Shown here piece after piece: positions 26,047 to 32,000 of a DNA stretch of 32,000 bases. The notes beneath the pieces were generated by a model, which was given only the letters and a program-made list of their open reading frames with translations, searched no databases and had not been told where the DNA came from. The DNA lies in the NCBI GenBank assembly GCA_021740915.1, contig JAIOYW010000012.1, positions 128,636-160,635 of the forward strand, written 5' to 3'. Position 1 is the stretch's first letter. The number at the start of each line of letters is the position of its first letter. The translations under genes were made by a program, and so were the position numbers. Source of the stretch: Ignavibacteriales bacterium (GTDB lineage: Bacteria; Bacteroidota; Ignavibacteria; Ignavibacteriales; Melioribacteraceae).

Positions 26047-27456
26047 ATGGAATCAGAAATAAAGAGAATACATAATCTTCTTTCGAGCGGAGAAATATCC
26101 TGTAAAGACTTGATAGGAGAAAAACTTTTATTGCTCGAAAGAAATGAGTACAATACTGCTAACCTTATATTAAAAGAATATGCCACTCAATTAGCAGAAA
26201 AGGTGGACAAAAGAATACAAGCCGGCAAAAAAATTGGCTTGCTTGAGGGAATTCCCTTTGGAATAAAGGACGTTATTTTATTAAAGGGACATAAAGCTAC
26301 TGCAAGTTCAGATATGTTGAAAGAATATATTGCACCTTATTCGGCAACAGTAGTGCAAAAACTACTGGATGTCGGTGCAATACCTATAGTTAAAGAAAAC
26401 TGCGATAGCTTTGGACATGGAAGCACCAATGAAAACACGATTTTTGGGTCTGTGAAAAATGCTTTGGATTTACGAAAAGTTGCCGGTGGTTCAAGTGGTG
26501 GCAGTGCAGTCAATGTTGCAAAAGGCATTACTGTTTTTAGTATAGGTGGCGATACCGGCGGCTCCATCAGACAACCATCGGGATATAATAAAGTTTACGG
26601 GCTAAAACCTACTTACGGCAAAGTTTCTCGTTATGGTATGATGGCTTACGCCTCATCTTTAGATACTATTGGTCCTATTGCAAACTCGATTGAGGATATA
26701 AGAATATTGCTGGACATTATCTCCGGTGAAGATATTCATGATATGAATACATATGCGGGCACAGTACTTCCTAAGAAAAAATTCGAATCCGAATCAGATC
26801 CTAAAAATTTTACGGTTGGTTACTATGTGGATTTCGTAAAAAGTAATTTTCTACATCCGAAATTAAAAACTGAATTTAATGATTTGATAGAAAAACTAAA
26901 ATTCGAGGGTGTCGAAATTGTTGAGTTAAATTTATTAAATACGGACCTTTTAGTTTCGATCTATTATGTTTTAGCAATGGCTGAAACCGCTTCAAATTTG
27001 GCGCGTCTTGACGGAATAAATTATGGAAAGCGAAGTGATTCCAGAAATTTAAAGGAGTCATACTCTGAAACGCGCTCTGAAAACCTTTCAGAAGAAACAA
27101 AAAGGAGAATAATCGGAGGTAATCAGGTCCTTTCCCATGGTCATTCTGAGGATATTTATATTAAAGCGATTCATTTACGAAATAATTTAAAAAAAGCTTT
27201 CTTTAATGACCTGCAAACGGTGGACATAATTCTCTCCCCAGTTTCAACAGTTCTCCCTCCGAATATCGGGGAAAGTTTACATGATCCTTACGCGATGTAC
27301 CTGTCAGATATTTATACGGTCGGTTTTAGTCTTAGTGAATTGCCTGTCCTAAACGTACCTTTATTCCTGGAGACCGGATTGCAGATTGCCTCAAATAAAA
27401 ATCAGGAAGCAATGATTTTTAAATTTGCTAATTATCTTAAACAAATAAGCTTATGA
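26047..27456 (+). CDS. gatA: Asp/Glu-tRNA amidotransferase subunit A (GatA, amidase-signature glutaminase)
   Basis: The track start is TTG 26032. The ATG at 26047 gives MESEIKRIHNLL. Amidase signature with a complete Ser-cisSer-Lys triad context: GIPFGIKDV, GGSSGGSAVNVAKG, GGDTGGSIRQPSGYNKVYGLKPTYGKVSRYGMMAYASSLDTIGP. Confidence 0.9.
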   Translation: MESEIKRIHNLLSSGEISCKDLIGEKLLLLERNEYNTANLILKEYATQLAEKVDKRIQAGKKIGLLEGIPFGIKDVILLKGHKATASSDMLKEYIAPYSATVVQKLLDVGAIPIVKENCDSFGHGSTNENTIFGSVKNALDLRKVAGGSSGGSAVNVAKGITVFSIGGDTGGSIRQPSGYNKVYGLKPTYGKVSRYGMMAYASSLDTIGPIANSIEDIRILLDIISGEDIHDMNTYAGTVLPKKKFESESDPKNFTVGYYVDFVKSNFLHPKLKTEFNDLIEKLKFEGVEIVELNLLNTDLLVSIYYVLAMAETASNLARLDGINYGKRSDSRNLKESYSETRSENLSEETKRRIIGGNQVLSHGHSEDIYIKAIHLRNNLKKAFFNDLQTVDIILSPVSTVLPPNIGESLHDPYAMYLSDIYTVGFSLSELPVLNVPLFLETGLQIASNKNQEAMIFKFANYLKQISL

Positions 27457-28880
27457 AAGCAGAAAAACTTAATGAACTCCTTGAACAACATGACTTAGAG
27501 ATAGTGATTGGATTGGAGACTCACATACGTTTAAATACCAATTCAAAATTATTTTGTTCCTGTGAGAATAAAGAAGCAGAAGTTCCAAATTCTAACATTT
27601 GTCCGATTTGCACCGGGCAAATGGGAGCATTGCCATCTCTCAATAAAGAAGCTGTAAGTAAAGCCATTATTTTCGGAAAAGTTATTGGGTCATCTTTCGT
27701 CAATAAATTAATTCACTGGGATAGAAAACATTATGAGTATCCTGATTTACCTAAAAACTATCAGTTAACTCAACACAAAAAACCAATTATTTCAGACGGA
27801 TTGATTAAATGTTATAGAAATGATGGTACCATTTTTACGGTTAATATTGAACAAGTTCATATTGAAGAAGATGCCGCAAAATTAATTCATGACGGAGAAA
27901 TCACATTAGTCGATTTTAATAAATCTGGTGTGCCTTTAATTGAAGTTGTTACCCAGCCGTGTATTCATAATATTACCGATATTCCATATTATGCTCAGAC
28001 ACTTCAACGTATAGTCCAGATTTATAATATTTCTGCTGCAAATCTTGAAAAGGGTGAATATAAATCGGATGTCAGTGTTTCACTGCGTAAAAGAGGGGCA
28101 AACGAATTAAATCCACGTGTGGAAATAAAAAATCTGAATTCATTCAGGTTCATGACCGACGCTGTACATACTGAAGTTGTAAAACAAATTGACTTCTTCA
28201 TTAAGAACAATTCTTTCAATGGGGAGATGACTACTGTATTGTTTGAGCCAACATCAAAGAATACAAAAACCATGCGCAAAAAGGAATTTGCCGCCGATTA
28301 CCGTTTTGCAAAAGAGCCGGATATTCCATCAATTGATATTTCAGATGCTATATTAGAGATTGATATAGACTATGAGGTTTTTCCATTTAATATCGAAACC
28401 GTATTAATTGACCAAGGAATCCGTCCTCAGGACGCAAAATATTTCACTTCAGATATAAAAAGGGCGATTGTCTTTACCGAGATAAACAGACGATTAAACA
28501 ACCCCAAGCTTGTTGCTAAAAATCTCTTTAACCTCATCAAGTCTGAGGATTACGAAAAAATAATTAATATTATTCCTTTTTCTGTTGTGCTCGATTTATT
28601 TTTTAAAGATAAGATTTCCCATAATAAATTAAAACAGATCATTGAAAACCTGCTTAAAAACAATGATTTTGACTTCCAGACTTTTTTAGATACCAATCAA
28701 GTAGATTTTTCGAAAGTTGACCAGATTATTAATAAAATTCTTTTTGACTATAATGAAATCGTTACTCAGATTAATTCGGGTGAATTAAATAAAATCAGTT
28801 TCTTAGTAAGTGCAGTACTTAAAATAACGGGGAAAGAAATTTCCGGTAAATATATAAAAAATAAAATTCAGGAATTGATA
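27453..28880 (+). other. gatB: GatB module of the fusion ORF (cradle domain, helical domain, YqeY-like tail)
   Basis: Motifs listed for the parent ORF. The module ends at ...KNKIQELI, just before the linker ISGEAPLHNSEKHHKSSNLAAFDNKRTLSFEENIIVKE (nt ~28881-28995). Confidence 0.85.
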
Positions 28881-30734
28881 ATTTCCGGGGAAGCGCCTCT
28901 TCACAATTCAGAAAAACACCACAAATCAAGCAATTTAGCAGCTTTTGATAATAAGAGGACGCTTAGTTTTGAAGAAAACATTATTGTGAAAGAAAAGTAT
29001 CGGACACATCTCGTCACCGATATTTCTTTATTAAATATAGGTGATACGGTAACTTTAGCAGGGTGGATTTCTAGCATAAGAGATCACGGGGAGATAGTCT
29101 TTGTTGATTTGCGTGATTCAAGTTTTGAAATCTTCCAAATCAGGTTGACTAAAAGTAATATTGTAAATATTGATTACTATTCTAAAATTCCTGTGGAGTC
29201 AGTTGTTTCAGTTCATGGCAAAGTGATTAAGCGCAAATCTGATGATGTCAACTCCAAAATAAGATCAGGTGAATTAGAATTAGATGCCACTGCCTTCGAA
29301 ATACTTAACTTATCAAAACAAATTCCATTTGAAATCAGAAGATCAACCAAAATCAAAGAGGATTCGAGATTAATCTATAAATTTTTAGACCACAGAAACT
29401 CGGAAATTAGACATATTATTATTAATCGTCATCTTGTGATTCAATTTATAAGAAATTATTTAAGTAAACTTGGGTTTATTGAAATTGAAACGCCAATTCT
29501 ATCAGCTGGCACAGAAGAAGGAGCCAAAGAATTTATTGTACCTGCCCGGAAGTTTGTCGGAGCTTATTATGCACTCCCCCAATCACCACAGCAATATAAA
29601 CAGATGCTGATATGTAGTGGATATGATAAATATTTCCAAATAGCACGTTGCTTCCGAGACGAGGATTCCAGAGGGGACCGGCAGCCTGAGTTCACGCAAT
29701 TTGATTTGGAAATGGCATTTGCCAGCATGCAGGATATTATTAGTTTGAACACGACCTTGTTTAATGATTTGGTGTCTTCGGTATATGGGACCAAGTGGAA
29801 GCTTTTTCCTTTTAAGGTAATTACTTATGAAGAAGCTATTCTGAAATATGGCACCGATAGACCGGATTTAAGATATGGTCTTGAAATGGATGACATTACT
29901 GAGATTGTAATGAAAACAAATTTCAAGGTTTTTACAGATTCCATCAGACTTGGAGGAATAGTAAAATGTTTAAAGATTGATAAAGGCAGTAAAAAAAATG
30001 ACTTGACCCGTACACAAATTGAAAACCTGACTGAAATTGCCAAACAAAATGGTCTTGGCGGATTGGCTTATATAATTTTAAACAATGGAGAATTACAATC
30101 ACCCATAAAAAAATATTTGGGAGAAAGAGCATGTGATGAGATCATCAATAAGATGAAAGCTGTTGATGGTGATATATTATTTTTCTCTGCGGCAATGCCG
30201 AAGATCGCAAATAAAGCTTTGGATGCAGTCAGACAGGAATTGGGAAAAATTCTCGGTCTGGTAAAGCATAAGGAATTACACCCAGCTTGGATCGTTGATT
30301 TTCCTCAATTTGAGAAAACAGATGAAGGAAAATGGACTTTTTCGCATAATCCCTTCTCTATGCCAAGAATTGAGTACCTGAATGACCATTTGAATGCAAC
30401 AAATATAGAGAATATTATCGCCCAACAATATGACTTAGTCGTTAATGGTCATGAGATTGGCGGCGGTTCCGTAAGATCTCATAAAAGAGAAATTTTGGAA
30501 GCGACCTACAAAATTATGGGATATGATTCGTTGAAGATACAAAAAAGCATTGGTCACATGCTAAACGCATTTCAATATGGAACTCCTCCACATGGGGGTA
30601 TCGCCTGGGGAATTGATCGTTTAATGATGGTACTTGAGTCCAAATCTTCTATTCGTGAAGTCATTGCATTCCCCAAAACCGGCTCAGGTGAAGATTTGCT
30701 ATTTGGAAGTCCAAGCAAAAAGAATCAAAAATGA
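27453..30734 (+). CDS. gatB/aspS: Single ORF fusing full-length GatB (amidotransferase subunit B with YqeY-like tail) to full-length bacterial-type aspartyl-tRNA synthetase
   Basis: ATGA overlap with the gatA stop. GatB half: IGLETHIRLNTNSKLFCSC, CPICTGQMGALPSLNKEAV, HIEEDAAKLIH, GVPLIEVVTQP, PRVEIKNLNSFRFMTDAVHTEVVKQ, tail ISFLVSAVLKITGKEISGKYIKNKIQELI. AspRS half: RTHLVTD...GDTVTLAGWISSIRDHGEIVFVDLRD (OB fold), FIEIETPIL (motif 1), LPQSPQQYKQML, CFRDEDSRGDRQPEFTQFDLEMAF (motif 2), GTDRPDLRYGLE plus a GAD-type insertion, HNPFSMP, GGGSVRSH, GTPPHGGIAWGIDRLMMVL (motif 3). Confidence 0.9.
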   Translation: MKAEKLNELLEQHDLEIVIGLETHIRLNTNSKLFCSCENKEAEVPNSNICPICTGQMGALPSLNKEAVSKAIIFGKVIGSSFVNKLIHWDRKHYEYPDLPKNYQLTQHKKPIISDGLIKCYRNDGTIFTVNIEQVHIEEDAAKLIHDGEITLVDFNKSGVPLIEVVTQPCIHNITDIPYYAQTLQRIVQIYNISAANLEKGEYKSDVSVSLRKRGANELNPRVEIKNLNSFRFMTDAVHTEVVKQIDFFIKNNSFNGEMTTVLFEPTSKNTKTMRKKEFAADYRFAKEPDIPSIDISDAILEIDIDYEVFPFNIETVLIDQGIRPQDAKYFTSDIKRAIVFTEINRRLNNPKLVAKNLFNLIKSEDYEKIINIIPFSVVLDLFFKDKISHNKLKQIIENLLKNNDFDFQTFLDTNQVDFSKVDQIINKILFDYNEIVTQINSGELNKISFLVSAVLKITGKEISGKYIKNKIQELIISGEAPLHNSEKHHKSSNLAAFDNKRTLSFEENIIVKEKYRTHLVTDISLLNIGDTVTLAGWISSIRDHGEIVFVDLRDSSFEIFQIRLTKSNIVNIDYYSKIPVESVVSVHGKVIKRKSDDVNSKIRSGELELDATAFEILNLSKQIPFEIRRSTKIKEDSRLIYKFLDHRNSEIRHIIINRHLVIQFIRNYLSKLGFIEIETPILSAGTEEGAKEFIVPARKFVGAYYALPQSPQQYKQMLICSGYDKYFQIARCFRDEDSRGDRQPEFTQFDLEMAFASMQDIISLNTTLFNDLVSSVYGTKWKLFPFKVITYEEAILKYGTDRPDLRYGLEMDDITEIVMKTNFKVFTDSIRLGGIVKCLKIDKGSKKNDLTRTQIENLTEIAKQNGLGGLAYIILNNGELQSPIKKYLGERACDEIINKMKAVDGDILFFSAAMPKIANKALDAVRQELGKILGLVKHKELHPAWIVDFPQFEKTDEGKWTFSHNPFSMPRIEYLNDHLNATNIENIIAQQYDLVVNGHEIGGGSVRSHKREILEATYKIMGYDSLKIQKSIGHMLNAFQYGTPPHGGIAWGIDRLMMVLESKSSIREVIAFPKTGSGEDLLFGSPSKKNQK
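28996..30734 (+). other. aspS: AspRS module of the fusion ORF (OB-fold anticodon-binding domain, class II core, bacterial GAD insertion)
   Basis: Begins at KYRTHLVTD, equivalent to the natural N-terminus of bacterial AspRS. All three class II motifs and the QSPQ and GGGS(V/I)R(S/I)H signatures are present. Confidence 0.85.
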
Positions 30735-32000
30735 ATCCCTTTCACATATCCGATTCAAGTTTAGGTTTATCATTTCCGATTTTGATTGATACTCCTGAAA
30801 CCCTAATTGAAAAAGTAAGAGAGAAACATGCCAATTCAATATTATTTCTAATTAATATCAACTACCAAACAGATAACATTTCCCGTGCTGACAATGCCGG
30901 TATTCAATTCCTTAAATATTTACGATTAAATCATTTCAATCAACATTGTGTACTATATTCCTTTCTGAGCCGTGAACAGTTGATGATTCAAAATCCGCAC
31001 AATTCGATTATCTTCTCAGAAGGTGTTACATTCATCAGGATGCCAGCGGATTTAAAAAAGGTCGATTTTGAATCACTGGCAATAAAGCAAGCCCCCGATA
31101 ATCTCGGTGATTTTTTCAAGGCTGAATTTCGTTTACCGGATGATCGCCATTTCTTTGCGAACTGGTGGGGAGTTCTACAGCTATGGAAAGTGCAAAAAGC
31201 GGTTGAGGGAATCGCGGGGAGTACTACCCTTGCTGAAATTGAAATGGATTTAATGGGGTCAATTACAGAGATGTATTCTTACCCCGGGTTGGTTGCAAAA
31301 TATATAAAATGTGTGCCTGATGAAGATGTCGCAAATAAACTCAAATTACTCTTGAGTAAAAAAAACGAGGTTTATCAAACTGATATCAGGCATAGCTCGG
31401 AAATTGAACGTGAAAACAAAAAATTGCACAGCGAACTTAACAAGATTGATATTCAGTTGAATGTTCTGAATGAAACCCTTTCAGAAAAGCAGAGTGGTGT
31501 TTTCAGCAAACTCCTTTCAAATTTAACTGTTTTACCTTTAACAATTAAGAAGAAGATTGAATCCCTTGAGAAACAAAAGTATGATATCAAATCAAATATC
31601 ATTCAAAATCAAGAATACGTGGAATTGGTTAATCTGATAAAAAAAGAAAAAAACACTGTTTACGATGCACGCAGAAAACTGAACAGAAAGATACTAACTA
31701 ATTTAGATGAAATAACGGCAAAAAAAAGTTTTTCTACACGTAATTTCTCGATTGATAATACCCAAAAGACATTGGCGGATAAAAAACCATCTATCGTTTT
31801 TGTGGATGATCAGGCAAATGATGGTTGGGCTGCAATTTTCCAAAGAATAATCTATGGGAAAACCAACGATAAATTTTCGGTAATACAGCCGGGTAAAAAT
31901 GATTCTGTAAATGAAATTTCAAAGTTGATAGCTAATAGGATAGTTGAGAAAAAAGCTGATTTATTGGTACTCGATCTTCGGCTAAAAGGCGAAAGAGGAA
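30731..32000 (+). CDS. Receiver-domain protein (N-terminal receiver-like domain, coiled coil, canonical REC), truncated by the right edge
   Basis: Not in the ORF track because it has no stop in the window. ATGA overlap with the GatB-AspRS stop. My translation is open for 423 codons: MNPFHISDSSLGLSFPILIDTPETLIEKVREKHANSILFLININYQ...; coiled-coil segment SEIERENKKLHSELNKIDIQLNVLNETLSEKQ...; then REC: KPSIVFVDDQANDGWAAIFQRIIYG...KKADLLVLDLRLKGERG (acidic pair and phospho-acceptor Asp in place). Confidence 0.75.
   Translation, partial: MNPFHISDSSLGLSFPILIDTPETLIEKVREKHANSILFLININYQTDNISRADNAGIQFLKYLRLNHFNQHCVLYSFLSREQLMIQNPHNSIIFSEGVTFIRMPADLKKVDFESLAIKQAPDNLGDFFKAEFRLPDDRHFFANWWGVLQLWKVQKAVEGIAGSTTLAEIEMDLMGSITEMYSYPGLVAKYIKCVPDEDVANKLKLLLSKKNEVYQTDIRHSSEIERENKKLHSELNKIDIQLNVLNETLSEKQSGVFSKLLSNLTVLPLTIKKKIESLEKQKYDIKSNIIQNQEYVELVNLIKKEKNTVYDARRKLNRKILTNLDEITAKKSFSTRNFSIDNTQKTLADKKPSIVFVDDQANDGWAAIFQRIIYGKTNDKFSVIQPGKNDSVNEISKLIANRIVEKKADLLVLDLRLKGERG

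Noticed and set aside
1-32000. CRISPR arrays, rRNA/tRNA genes, IS elements and prophage genes
   Set aside because: I scanned for regularly spaced repeats, tRNA T-loop-like GGTTCGA motifs, and transposase, integrase or capsid-like ORFs. None was found in either the track or the intergenic sequence.

Overview
AT-rich bacterial window, probably from an FCB-group genome (Bacteroidota/Ignavibacteriota-like). The lineage call rests on two secreted proteins that end in the NPFNP...GVYFYR type IX secretion (T9SS) sorting domain. Positions 1-11.1 kb hold ordinary, visibly more GC-rich genes: a partial ATP-grasp ligase, an M24 aminopeptidase, a TPR sensor histidine kinase, two T9SS cargo proteins, an acyltransferase-3 membrane protein and an LtaS/sulfatase-family membrane enzyme. 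An ORF-free spacer and a two-gene minus-strand pair follow (hexapeptide-repeat acyltransferase plus an unknown protein). From 13.9 kb to the right edge lies one ~18-kb, 13-gene, plus-strand, almost gap-free cluster. It encodes a Liv-type (HAAT family) amino-acid ABC importer (2 permeases, 2 ATPases, lipoprotein binding protein) and a cysteine-synthase-fold protein that seems to lack the PLP lysine. It also encodes a 1152-aa histidine-kinase-like ATPase with a pseudo-receiver tail, a 235-aa orphan, and a 769-aa receiver-domain protein with an apparently circularly permuted asparaginase (GatD-like) module. Last come gatC, gatA, a single 1093-aa ORF fusing full-length GatB to a full-length bacterial AspRS, and a further receiver-domain protein truncated by the window edge. 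I regard this cluster, a covalently wired transamidosome embedded among signalling-type proteins and an importer, as the candidate undescribed system. All functional interpretation is inference from motifs read by eye. No rRNA, tRNA, CRISPR array, transposase or integrase was recognised.
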